Below are positions 30,647 to 39,253 of a stretch of DNA of 64,000 bases, piece by piece. This DNA comes from an uncultured bacterium (GTDB lineage Bacteria > Patescibacteriota > Microgenomatia > Levybacterales > UBA12049), in assembly GCA_963826535.1 (NCBI GenBank), contig CAWGXL010000010.1, positions 42,814 to 106,813 of the forward strand, written 5' to 3'. Under the pieces are notes generated by a model that was not told the DNA's origin, made no database searches, and worked only from the letters and a program-made list of their open reading frames with translations. Position 1 is the first letter of the stretch, and every line of letters starts with the position of its first letter. The translations under genes were made by a program, and so were the position numbers.

Positions 30647-32524
30647 ATGAGTAAGTCAGAACGATCTAATAGAGTCGACGTCAGAGAGCCCAGAAGTGCT
30701 GCAGAAGCAAAAATTAAACGCGAAGTGCGCAAAGTCGATAGCATGCGTCTTTACGGAGAACCGAAAATTATTGTTCTTGATGGACCAACCCTTACAACCG
30801 GTAGCAAAACAGCACAAGAATCTCTGTTGGGTAAATTAAAATCGCAAGTGAGTTACGGTAAAAAACTTGTCATTATCGATGAGGGTGGTCAAGTACAAAA
30901 TAGATTGACAGGCATTCCTGAAACGAGTTTGTCAGTCGTATCATCAATGTCAGAAGTCCCGACATCTAAACCGGCAATTGCAACCCTCAGTTATCCCTAC
31001 CTACTCCCTGATAATATTTTGGCTGGGTTCTATGTCGGAGAGGGAGAACCACCTCAAGGTATGTATCAGACTCGCAAAACAGGGGCAGATGGAGCTGATG
31101 AAGTTTATGATCTCCTAGCTGCAGCTGCAGGGCAAGATAAAGCCGGTGCAGCTTTTCGCGCCGCCGGAAAGAAGCAGCCTATTCCTACAAGTTATCCCTA
31201 TGATAGAAATGTTCTTAGCGGGATTAGCATCACCCTTGCACCAATGACTCCTGAGAGAGTAACCCAAGTTGTGAGACAACATGAAGATCAAGTGAGAGAT
31301 TTTGAAGCTGGAAGAAGTAATGAATTACTGAAAAGAGCTATTGGTCCTATTCTTAAAGCATTTGCTGAGAACGGTGCAATTGCCGCAGCGCCTGAATATG
31401 CACATAATAGAGGATACTGGTTTCGATGGCTAAGAGATGAAGGCCAAATAGCAATCGCTGCAAAGAATTATGCAGAGGCAACAGACGATCCAGAATCGAA
31501 AAGCTTCCTTAATGAAAACTTAGGAAGAAATATGGAGTTTATTCGGGATTTCGCCAAACGGGAAGATATTCAAAAGAAGAAATTACTCGGTGTTAGTCGT
31601 TGCGAAATGGATGGGACTCCGATTGAATCATATGGTAATCCCCAAAACGACGGCCCCGCACATTCAGCATTGAATGTAATGCATAATCTTAAGGAGAATC
31701 ATGAAGCTGCATATGAAATAACAAAACCATATATTGACTTCTTCACTACAGAGGAAGGCACAGGTTTGACGTTTGATCCGTGGGAGTATGCAGTAGGGGA
31801 TATCTTTAACCCACTCAACCTTGGACGACGTGTACTGAAAAGAGGATCAGACTTGGCTCGAAAAAATGGAGATACACACACTGAGAGCTTCTATAAGATT
31901 AAAGCAGCTGCATTAGAAATACAACTGGAAAAGTTTTACGATAAGAAAAAAGGCTATATTGTCGCTGGAAAAGATTTTGTTAATCCATGGATAAGTGAAA
32001 CAAAAAATTTAGATATTAGCATTATTGGGAGTATTTTAACAGCGTATGATGTCACGGATAATTTTATGAATGTTGAGGATGAACGGGTAATGAAAACAAT
32101 GCTAGCTCTGGAGAACGAGTTTGCAGATAGGTGGCCAGTCAATATTGCCTGGAAACAAGCTGGTAATGAAGGAATGGGTATGGGACGGCGGCCTGAGGAT
32201 ACCAATGATGGTATTGGTTCAACCGGAGGCAATCCATGGACGTTTGCGACCCTTTGGGCTTCCCAATACTATTTGCGATTGATCCAACGATATGAATACC
32301 TTGCAACTAAGGGAGATGTCAGAGAATATGATAGAGAAGCATTAATGAAAAAAGCAGAAGGGTATCTTAAATTCACTCTTGCGCACTTACCGGTTGATAA
32401 TCTTACCGAGCAAATCGACGGACAGACAGGTAAGCCCAGGGGGGCAGATGAACTGGCTTGGGCACACGCGGAATTGATAAATACTTTGCTTATGTTAAAT
32501 GATACAAAAACTGCCCAACTTTAA
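30647..32524 (+). CDS. Glycoside hydrolase family 15 (glucoamylase-like) with an N-terminal extension
   Basis: WFRWLRD, GNPQNDGPA, FDPWE, GR.PED...GGNPW..ATLW, LTEQID, LAWAHAE. Confidence 0.85.
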   Translation: MSKSERSNRVDVREPRSAAEAKIKREVRKVDSMRLYGEPKIIVLDGPTLTTGSKTAQESLLGKLKSQVSYGKKLVIIDEGGQVQNRLTGIPETSLSVVSSMSEVPTSKPAIATLSYPYLLPDNILAGFYVGEGEPPQGMYQTRKTGADGADEVYDLLAAAAGQDKAGAAFRAAGKKQPIPTSYPYDRNVLSGISITLAPMTPERVTQVVRQHEDQVRDFEAGRSNELLKRAIGPILKAFAENGAIAAAPEYAHNRGYWFRWLRDEGQIAIAAKNYAEATDDPESKSFLNENLGRNMEFIRDFAKREDIQKKKLLGVSRCEMDGTPIESYGNPQNDGPAHSALNVMHNLKENHEAAYEITKPYIDFFTTEEGTGLTFDPWEYAVGDIFNPLNLGRRVLKRGSDLARKNGDTHTESFYKIKAAALEIQLEKFYDKKKGYIVAGKDFVNPWISETKNLDISIIGSILTAYDVTDNFMNVEDERVMKTMLALENEFADRWPVNIAWKQAGNEGMGMGRRPEDTNDGIGSTGGNPWTFATLWASQYYLRLIQRYEYLATKGDVREYDREALMKKAEGYLKFTLAHLPVDNLTEQIDGQTGKPRGADELAWAHAELINTLLMLNDTKTAQL

Positions 32525-32593
32525 TTTCCAAAGGGTGTAAATAACTTCAGCAACGGGATAATCAGCAGGTGCTAAGCAACTTTGTCGGACTTA

Positions 32594-33454
32594 TTATTGT
32601 ATTGGGACTCCATGCTTGTGGGATTCATATATAATCTCGAAAAAAAGTTTTTTTGTCTCCTTACTATTAAGCTTAAGTGATTCGTCAGTATTAATCGTGT
32701 GCGGACCCGATGTCCACGGCTCAAAGCAAATATAGTCTGGATTATCAGTCCAAATAACTAGCTTTCTAAATTCGTCGCTGTATTTTAGCCGAAAGGCACC
32801 TTTATTCGTAACAGAAAAGATAGTTTGTTCGGCAGGCGCACCTACTATGATAGATTTTTTTAATATTTCCGGATTATTTTCAAATCCTGGGATTGGAGTC
32901 GTAATATCTGTTGAATCTTTTTGGTCACGTGAAAAATAAGGATGAAAACCCAAGACATATGGCATTGCCTCTCCACGACTTCCTATATTTTTAACCTGAA
33001 CATCAAAACGCAACGATCTATCTGTTAAAGTAATCTTGTTTAGTAATTCAAAATCAAATGGAAAAATCGCCCTCGAATTGTTATTAGATACTAATCGAAA
33101 AGTGATACTATTTTTATTCTCACTATTTTGGTCAACCTCGGTAATTTCCCATAATAAGTCTCTAGCGAAACCGTGCAGCATTAACCGGCCTGAAATTTCA
33201 TCGCTACCTGCTGCACCGGCGATCGGAAAAAGGATAGGAATTCCACCTCTGTAAATATCCATTGGTAGGCTAGGGTGGTCATCATGAACTTTAGGATAAG
33301 TTATTAAATTATTCTCGCCGATCCGCCATGATGTGACAGTTGCACCTACCGGAGAAATTGTAACTTCAGCTCTTCCGACATTTAATCTAGTCTCATGAAT
33401 ATTTTGGGGTATTTTCCCTACACATAATCCTGCATATCCCAATTGTTCTATCAT
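32594..33454 (-). CDS. Aldose 1-epimerase/galactose mutarotase-like protein
   Basis: RGGIPILFP, HGFARD, GFHPYF, ICFEPW; start position uncertain. Confidence 0.85.
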   Translation of the reverse strand: MIEQLGYAGLCVGKIPQNIHETRLNVGRAEVTISPVGATVTSWRIGENNLITYPKVHDDHPSLPMDIYRGGIPILFPIAGAAGSDEISGRLMLHGFARDLLWEITEVDQNSENKNSITFRLVSNNNSRAIFPFDFELLNKITLTDRSLRFDVQVKNIGSRGEAMPYVLGFHPYFSRDQKDSTDITTPIPGFENNPEILKKSIIVGAPAEQTIFSVTNKGAFRLKYSDEFRKLVIWTDNPDYICFEPWTSGPHTINTDESLKLNSKETKKLFFEIIYESHKHGVPIQ

Positions 33455-33524
33455 GAATAAATTATAGCTAAGATTTAACAAACAAACTATGAAATTATTT
33501 TGTTTGTATATATTTTATTATATA

Positions 33525-34001
33525 TCACTTTTCTATAAGCGAGCGTTCTAGTTTTATATTAAAAGGTTGAAAGCCTTCACGTTCATAAAATTGAATTGCC
33601 TTTTTGTTTGGAGTATAAGCTGTTACAGACACTTTTTGTGCACCGATTTTCTTTCCCCAGTCAATAAATACATCTACTAATTTTTTGCCAATGCCTTGAT
33701 TCCTAAAATCCTCTTTTACATAAAGATTAACAACAAAAACGACTTTAATAGTCCGGTATGAATTATCTTCTATTTCACCCATGATAAAGCCAAGAGGTTC
33801 ATTTTCTATTTCAGCTATAAAGCATATGCCTTTTGTAGCATCTATTTTTTCAGTGTAATACTTTTTACCTTCATCAGTTTCTCCCCATTTGACATCAACC
33901 TGCTCATTAAAGGGTAAATCTGAGATATTCAATTCTTCAACTAATGCCATTATTTTAGGTATATCTTCAGCTGTTGTTTTTCTGATAGAAAGTGTATTCA
34001 T
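33525..34001 (-). CDS. GNAT-family acetyltransferase
   Basis: LYV..DFRNQGIGKKL, N..AIQFYEREGF. Confidence 0.9.
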   Translation of the reverse strand: MNTLSIRKTTAEDIPKIMALVEELNISDLPFNEQVDVKWGETDEGKKYYTEKIDATKGICFIAEIENEPLGFIMGEIEDNSYRTIKVVFVVNLYVKEDFRNQGIGKKLVDVFIDWGKKIGAQKVSVTAYTPNKKAIQFYEREGFQPFNIKLERSLIEK

Positions 34002-34159
34002 ACAGTAATTATACCAAAATTCGAATCCTTGTCAGTGTAAAGGATTTTTTGAAGCTAAAATCGTTGCAGGCACAGGTTGACGATTTCCGAACTACAAAAT
34101 GGAGGGAATCCATTTCATATCCGGAGCTTACTTATCTTAAGTCAAATCAGTATGTGAAA

Positions 34160-34804
34160 TTAATCGTTGTATAAATCTGTTTTGTTCAAAATATTTTTGA
34201 TTTTTTCCCTTCGCTTTTTCCCAAAATTGTTTCTGTATTCTATATAATATTTTGCATTATCAAAATTGTTGACGTAGTCCATAATGTTTTTCGGAAATCG
34301 ATAGGTCTGATAAGTAAGTTTTTCATCAACCTTTTCACCACCTGAAAGATTGAATGCTCTACCATGTCTTTCTACCCATGCCTTTGTTACATTTTCGCTT
34401 TCCTTTTCCCATTCTGTATGTTCAGTAACAGGCTGTATTTTTATAATTCGCCGTTTTGTAAAAAAACGCCAAACAGTTTTCTCCGGTATTGAAATTAGTA
34501 AAACAGGCTTATCAATAGAACCGGAACCGCCCCTTTCATTCCGTACGGTAATCTCAAGTTCAAACTCCAACACGCTGTTTTTGAGTTCTTCCAATATGCG
34601 TCCATTCCAATCTCTTGCTACCCAATCAGGAATTATAAGGTGCGTTTCTTCGACCGTGATTTTCGGAGTGTTATATTTGAAGCTAAACCAGCTTACGATT
34701 AAGCCAACAATACCAGTTATTGAACCAAGAATACCCCAAAAATTTGCCTGCCAAAAAGTGTTCCCTTGCTGAGTAAATATGCCAATAAGCGCCTGTATGT
34801 CCAT
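34160..34804 (-). CDS. Hypothetical protein with an N-terminal TM helix (island gene 3)
   Basis: WGILGSITGIVGLIVSW TM helix followed by a beta-rich domain; 2 bp from the DUF2188 gene. Confidence 0.7.
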   Translation of the reverse strand: MDIQALIGIFTQQGNTFWQANFWGILGSITGIVGLIVSWFSFKYNTPKITVEETHLIIPDWVARDWNGRILEELKNSVLEFELEITVRNERGGSGSIDKPVLLISIPEKTVWRFFTKRRIIKIQPVTEHTEWEKESENVTKAWVERHGRAFNLSGGEKVDEKLTYQTYRFPKNIMDYVNNFDNAKYYIEYRNNFGKKRREKIKNILNKTDLYND

Positions 34805-34806
34805 TT

Positions 34807-35046
34807 TTAATGTTCCGTATCCCTTGGAGGATTTGGGTTGTTACTGTTTATGGTATCTTTGCTACGGATAGGTCCGTGTTGGCTTTGAGTTATTAGTTCT
34901 CCGCCACTATTATTTTGAAGCACGTTGCGTGCATAATCTTCTGCTTCTCTTTGTGTATCGAAAACTCGTGATGCTCGTTCAGCTCCTTCTCGTTGTGCCT
35001 TCCAGCCGTTAGTATCGGGTGAAACCCAATAATTACTTTTTTTCAT
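34807..35046 (-). CDS. DUF2188-family small protein
   Basis: V.P..NGW....EGA.RAS..F.TQ.EA...AR.......GEL......G.IR..D....P.PPRD. Confidence 0.85.
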   Translation of the reverse strand: MKKSNYWVSPDTNGWKAQREGAERASRVFDTQREAEDYARNVLQNNSGGELITQSQHGPIRSKDTINSNNPNPPRDTEH

Positions 35047-35972
35047 GTCCGGTCACCTCCTTTGTCAATAATCTCTTTTACTTTTTCTTCCCAATATTCT
35101 CGATGAACGACCCGTGCTTTTTGAAGGCTCTCGTTTAGTATCTGAGCCTTTGTCATTTGCGAAAGTTTCTCCCAATCTTCATCGAAGAGGTAAGTGGCAT
35201 TGCCGTAATACATACTTTCCAGCACATAAATCTTTTTTTTGGTGAAGCCATGCACTATGTACCCATGAAACCCTCCGGTTCCAATCGCTCTGAAGTCCGG
35301 TTTGAGTGAATTGACGGTCTCTAGCCGGTAATAAAGTACTTTTCTGTTGCCTTCCGGTGCATTTTTTACAATAGGGTCTATCTCTTCTTTGAATTGTGCC
35401 CAAGGCATTTCTCCTTGAGGCAAGACTGTCCAATTCAGTCTTCGCAAGGGAGTTTTTATGATTGCCTCCAAGTCTTTTGTAAAAAATTGGCATTCTCCAA
35501 ATAATTCCAAGAAAAGATTTACAGTATGCGTTAGTAGCTCAATATCACTTTCTCCTTTTTCAAACACAGGTGATGTAAGAAGCAAACGTCCTTCAGGTGA
35601 TTTGACAATAGAGAGCTCTACTGCCGGTGGTTCAACAAAAGTTCGTGGATATCTTTGGTAAGGGACATCGACTATTTTGGAGTGTCTCGTTCCGTCCCAT
35701 TCTTCCCACTCCCAGTCAGTTTGACGGTAGGCTGTTTCCATCGGCTGGTCTTTGTGAACAATATTTTTTCCTTCAGCATTGTATCGACTTACAGGTCCGA
35801 TGTCTGCCGGAAGTATGGATTGTCCGCTTTCATAAGGCTCAGAGAAGCCAATACTTTTTAGTATCGTAGAAAATTTTTGTAGGTCAGTAATTCCGAGGAT
35901 AATTTTTGAACCGTTCTGAATATGACGGGTATAGGGGATGATGTTTCGGATACGTTTTTTCTGTATAATCAT
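35043..35972 (-). CDS. Hypothetical protein (island gene 1)
   Basis: 309-aa ORF with Trp/Tyr-rich motifs (WEWEEWDG, GFHGY, LES.YYGNATY, H..YW); ATGA overlap with the DUF2188 gene. Confidence 0.75.
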   Translation of the reverse strand: MIIQKKRIRNIIPYTRHIQNGSKIILGITDLQKFSTILKSIGFSEPYESGQSILPADIGPVSRYNAEGKNIVHKDQPMETAYRQTDWEWEEWDGTRHSKIVDVPYQRYPRTFVEPPAVELSIVKSPEGRLLLTSPVFEKGESDIELLTHTVNLFLELFGECQFFTKDLEAIIKTPLRRLNWTVLPQGEMPWAQFKEEIDPIVKNAPEGNRKVLYYRLETVNSLKPDFRAIGTGGFHGYIVHGFTKKKIYVLESMYYGNATYLFDEDWEKLSQMTKAQILNESLQKARVVHREYWEEKVKEIIDKGGDRT

Positions 35973-36014
35973 GATCGTAATAATTGCAGTCTTTCATAGT
36001 GAAAGGCTGAGGCA

Positions 36015-36103
36015 AGTATAAGGCACATTTCGTGATTTGTCAAGAACAAAACAGTAGAACAAGAAATTCTGTTCTTGACAAACATCAAGTCCTGCCCTAT
36101 AAT
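36015..36103. promoter_or_regulatory. Back-to-back sigma70 promoters with a symmetric operator
   Basis: Plus: TTGACA(36075)-N17-TATAAT(36098). Minus: TTGACA(36043)-N17-TATACT(36020). 13-bp inverted repeat TTTGTCAAGAACA/TGTTCTTGACAAA and repeated AGAAC. Confidence 0.8.
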
Positions 36104-36115
36104 ATAACTTATAGT

Positions 36116-36736
36116 ATGCAACCCTTACATCCTGTCCAAAAAAAGCTTTTGGAAGTTCTAAAAGCAAACATGGACGACCCTCTTACAATAAGACAACTTA
36201 TGAAATTGGCAAGTGCTTCCTCTCCGAGCGTAATTCATCACCATATTACCCAATTAGAAAAAAAAGGACTTTTAAGGAGAAATCCCTCTAACCCATCTGA
36301 CTATCAGGTTCTTATGGGAGAGCCAGAAAAAGAGATTGCTTTTTTAAACCTTTATGGTCTTGCTCAATGCGGTCCAAAAGGGTCAATTTTAGACGGTAAC
36401 CCAGTAGACAGAATAAGAATATCGTCTAAATTCCTAGGCTTTTCTGCTCTTGATGCGTTTGCTGTAAAAGCAAAAGGCACATCAATGTTACCTAAAATAA
36501 AGCCTGGCGACTTGGTAATCGCTAAAAGGTCAAACACATTTAATAATGGAGATGTTGTTATTTGTGTAAATAATGGTGAGGCATTGATAAAAAAAGTACA
36601 GATAATCACTAAAGATGATGAACATATTGCTTATAACCTTATTTCGGTTAATTCACAAAATTACCCTCCTTTTTTAGCAGGTGAAGATTTTAGAGTAGAA
36701 GGTATTGTGCGAGGAGTTTTGACTTATTCGGTATAA
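36116..36736 (+). CDS. LexA-like repressor (wHTH + S24 autopeptidase)
   Basis: PLTIRQL....SPSVIHHHITQLEKKG wHTH, QCG cleavage site, GTSM (Ser), LIKK (Lys); start reassigned to ATG 36116, downstream of the promoter. Confidence 0.85.
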   Translation: MQPLHPVQKKLLEVLKANMDDPLTIRQLMKLASASSPSVIHHHITQLEKKGLLRRNPSNPSDYQVLMGEPEKEIAFLNLYGLAQCGPKGSILDGNPVDRIRISSKFLGFSALDAFAVKAKGTSMLPKIKPGDLVIAKRSNTFNNGDVVICVNNGEALIKKVQIITKDDEHIAYNLISVNSQNYPPFLAGEDFRVEGIVRGVLTYSV

Positions 36737-36835
36737 ATAATTTATGGTAATGCCCCCCTCAGGGTGGATTAGCTTGACACATATTCTTTTAAAGTATTCT
36801 CTAATATTTTGTGATCCTTTTTAAACATTTGATAA

Positions 36836-37111
36836 TTATTCTCTATTTTTTTCTCCATTAAAATATTCTCTAAGCATTAATCTTAGAGTTGTTTTGCCTT
36901 TGGTTGTTTTAAAATAATCCTCTCTCCGTTTAGCATCCTTTATTTTCCTGTATGCCTCATAATGGATTAACTCAAGTGGAAGATAGGCTTTTGTAGATGT
37001 GACTGCACCATTATTGTGAGATATCACTCGTGCTTTTAAATCTTCAGAGTAGCCGGCATACACGAATTTTTTCAACGAATTATGGAGAATATAGACGTAA
37101 TAAAACTTCAT
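36836..37111 (-). CDS. Stand-alone GIY-YIG nuclease (UPF0213-like)
   Basis: YYVYIL....FVYAGYS.DL..R...HN, YEAY....A..RE..FK. Confidence 0.88.
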   Translation of the reverse strand: MKFYYVYILHNSLKKFVYAGYSEDLKARVISHNNGAVTSTKAYLPLELIHYEAYRKIKDAKRREDYFKTTKGKTTLRLMLREYFNGEKNRE

Positions 37112-37249
37112 GGTTGTAGACGTACTAGTCACTATCGTTCCAGTACATCTCTGCCTCACCACTCATTTGCTTTATAGTTAAACTCTAATCCTTTGCCTAA
37201 TTAATTTAAGGGCGAAGCGATGAACCCAAACGAAGTGAGTGGTTCGTTG

Positions 37250-37321
37250 CAGGGACGCACGGATTCGAACCGTGAAAAGCAGTTTTGGAGACTGCTGTGA
37301 TAACCGTTTCACCACGTCCCT
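37250..37321 (-). tRNA. tRNA-Trp (CCA)
   Basis: AGGGACG acceptor stem, anticodon arm GCAGT-CTCCAAA-ACTGC, GGTTCGAATCC. Confidence 0.93.
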
Positions 37322-37324
37322 AAG

Positions 37325-37396
37325 TTAGCAAATAGTAAATAGCATATAGAATATGGTTTTATTTACCATTCGCCATAAGCTATTCGCCATTTACTA
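37325..37396. repeat. Inverted degenerate heptamer array
   Basis: tagcaaa tagtaaa tagcata tag...ttaccat tcgccat aagctat tcgccat ttacta. Confidence 0.55.
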
Positions 37397-37570
37397 TTTA
37401 AGCTTGTCCGTCTCTTTATGGTCTGTTTTTTTACGGCAGTGCCTGCAATATTTTTTTAATAATAACTTTTCCGGTGTTTCCAGTTTATTTTTTTGAGTTA
37501 TATAATTCCTATTTTTACAAACAGAACAGACAAGACCTATTTTTATTCTATGTTCACCTTTTTTTGGCAT
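37394..37570 (-). CDS. rpmG: 50S ribosomal protein L33 (Zn-binding type)
   Basis: MPKKGEHRIKIGLVCSVCKNRNY...KKYCRHCRKKTDHKE; AAGGAGG SD; the longer ORF-track start overlaps a tRNA. Confidence 0.95.
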   Translation of the reverse strand: MPKKGEHRIKIGLVCSVCKNRNYITQKNKLETPEKLLLKKYCRHCRKKTDHKETDKLK

Positions 37571-37609
37571 ACTCCTCCTTTCAATATATATTATCTTTTT
37601 ACATATTTG

Positions 37610-37681
37610 AGCCGAAGGCGGGAATCGGACCCGCGACCTAGTTCTTACCAAGAACTCGCTCTACCACTGAGCCACTTCGGC
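37610..37681 (-). tRNA. tRNA-Thr (GGT)
   Basis: GCCGAAG acceptor stem, GCTCAGTGGTAGAGC D-arm, TTGGTAA loop; T-loop reads TCCGATT. Confidence 0.9.
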
Positions 37682-37702
37682 TTTTGCCGCAAAGCGGCTT
37701 TG

Positions 37703-37786
37703 TGCTGAGGGAGGGAATTGCACCCCCGGAGTCCGAACGGACGCGTGGTCTACAGCCACGTGCAATTGCTACTCTGCCACCTCAGC
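37703..37786 (-). tRNA. tRNA-Tyr (GTA)
   Basis: CGTGG-CTGTAGA-CCACG anticodon arm, long variable arm GTCCGTTCGGAC, T-loop TGCAATT. Confidence 0.9.
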
Positions 37787-37790
37787 GCAT

Positions 37791-37866
37791 TTAGCTAGTT
37801 GCTATTAGCTGTCAGCTCTCTGACAACAAAAAATCTGAAAGCAGAAAGTTAACAGCAGATAGCAAA
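37791..37866. repeat. Inverted degenerate heptamer array between tRNAs
   Basis: tagctagttgctattagctgtcagct...aaagcagaaagttaacagcagatagcaa. Confidence 0.5.
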
Positions 37867-37871
37867 TATTG

Positions 37872-37943
37872 AGCCGACAGAGGGATTTGAACCCCCGACC
37901 CATGCTTTACAAAAGCATTGCTCTACCACTGAGCTATGTCGGC
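37872..37943 (-). tRNA. tRNA-Thr (TGT)
   Basis: GCCGACA acceptor stem, ATGCT-TTTGTAA-AGCAT, GGTTCAAATCC. Confidence 0.93.
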
Positions 37944-38026
37944 GATTTTGCAATGCAAAACCTAGAACCTGACGATTCAGAAAATACAAGCATAATTTTA
38001 GCAGACATAGGGGGGCTTCAGCAACC

Positions 38027-38983
38027 TGTCGGATTATTCTCCGTAGAAATCCGACAGTAAGCGGCAGAGAAAAGATATACTATGAATATGCAACAAATAA
38101 CGAAAGTTTCTCTCGCCTGGGAATTGTTTGAACAAGGGATGCCAAAGACTCATATTGCCAAGCAGCTTGGCATTCATCGGGAAACTGTTCATTTATGGAT
38201 CTGTGGTATTCTCAATAATCCACAAGGGCTTATGGGATTCCTAGACTACTATCTTGTGGCTAAGAAAGGAGACCGTCCTAAACGGCAAGTGAATGCAATT
38301 CTAAAAAGGTGGGTCTGGCAGATTAGAGAGCGTGAGATGGATTGTTGCGGAGATAAAATACAATACTTTCTCAAAAAAGAACACGCCGTTTCTATCTCAA
38401 TTCCTAAGATTTATGAGATATTAAAAGAGAAGTACGTTCTTCGGAAGAGACGAGGCAATAACATAAAACGTGGGCCGGTACCAAAAGCGGTAAAACCTCG
38501 GGAAGTAATTCAAATGGATACAATTGACTTTGGAGAACTCTTTGCCTTTACAGCAGTTGATATCTTTTCCAGAGAAGCAGATGTTGTCCTTCGCCCATCC
38601 CTAACCAGTAATGATGGTGTTATTTTCCTGGATACCTGTATGAGAAGACGCTTCAATGGGCATAGCGATTTAATACAGGCAGATGGCGGGCCGGAGTTTA
38701 AAGACAAATTTGCAGAAAAAGTCTATACTTACACAGATAGATTTCGTATTTCAAGACCTTACAAGAAAAATGAACAATCTTTCATTGAAAGCTTTAACAA
38801 AACAGTAAGAAAAGAATGCCTGGGGTGGAACAAGTATAGAAAATCAGAACTTTTAGAAGCAAAAAGCCTTATTGAAGCATTTCTTCAAAGATATCATTAT
38901 CATAGACCGCATATTAGTTTAGGAATGAAACCGCCGCTTACCAGCTAAACTAAAGTGTCGGATATTTACGGAAACATTCCGCC
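38027..38983 (+). mobile_element. Insertion sequence (IS481/IS3-like) with imperfect terminal inverted repeats
   Basis: Left TGTCGGATTATTCTCCGTAGAAATCCGACA vs right TGTCGGATATTTACGGAAACATTCCG; exact ends uncertain. Confidence 0.7.
38082..38948 (+). CDS. DDE transposase (HTH + rve integrase core)
   Basis: IAKQLGIHRETVHLW HTH; QMDT, QADGGPEF, IESFNKT..KE, YHYHRPH.SLGM.PP. Confidence 0.9.
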   Translation: MNMQQITKVSLAWELFEQGMPKTHIAKQLGIHRETVHLWICGILNNPQGLMGFLDYYLVAKKGDRPKRQVNAILKRWVWQIREREMDCCGDKIQYFLKKEHAVSISIPKIYEILKEKYVLRKRRGNNIKRGPVPKAVKPREVIQMDTIDFGELFAFTAVDIFSREADVVLRPSLTSNDGVIFLDTCMRRRFNGHSDLIQADGGPEFKDKFAEKVYTYTDRFRISRPYKKNEQSFIESFNKTVRKECLGWNKYRKSELLEAKSLIEAFLQRYHYHRPHISLGMKPPLTS

Positions 38984-39079
38984 TGTTAGAGGTGGATGAT
39001 ATAGATATAGTATTAATAACTATATTAGTTACTTAAAATCATCCGTTGCGCATGGCTTTTATATAGCAGATAAATTCTT

Positions 39080-39247
39080 CTCTTTGATATGGGCTTGGTT
39101 GGTATTTTCCCCGAGATACACTTAGGAAGGTTATTTGTACCGCCACGGCGATGCAAAAATTACCTCGTTGCCCGCTGAGCGGGCTACCTCAGGATTTTTG
39201 AATTTGTAGAGAAAAATACTACAACCAAACTTCCAATATCAAAGAGC
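39080..39247 (-). ncRNA. Candidate 6S-like RNA (long imperfect hairpin with central bubble)
   Basis: 5' CTCTTTGATATTGG..TTGGTTG..GTATTTTTC pairs with 3' GAAAATACCAACCAA..CCATATCAAAGAG; A-rich bubble; inner stem; dedicated promoter; no ORF. Confidence 0.55.
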
Positions 39248-39253
39248 AGAAAT

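Noticed and set aside
33992-34174. 60-aa ORF as a recombinase C-terminal remnant
   Set aside because: Only a vague resemblance (VDDFRT), no catalytic motif, and it overlaps both neighbours
36748-36775. tRNA-fragment/att-like sequence after the LexA-like gene
   Set aside because: Too short, and it does not match any tRNA in the window
37394-37651. 85-aa extended L33 from the ORF track
   Set aside because: The extension overlaps tRNA-Thr; a strong SD supports the start at 37570
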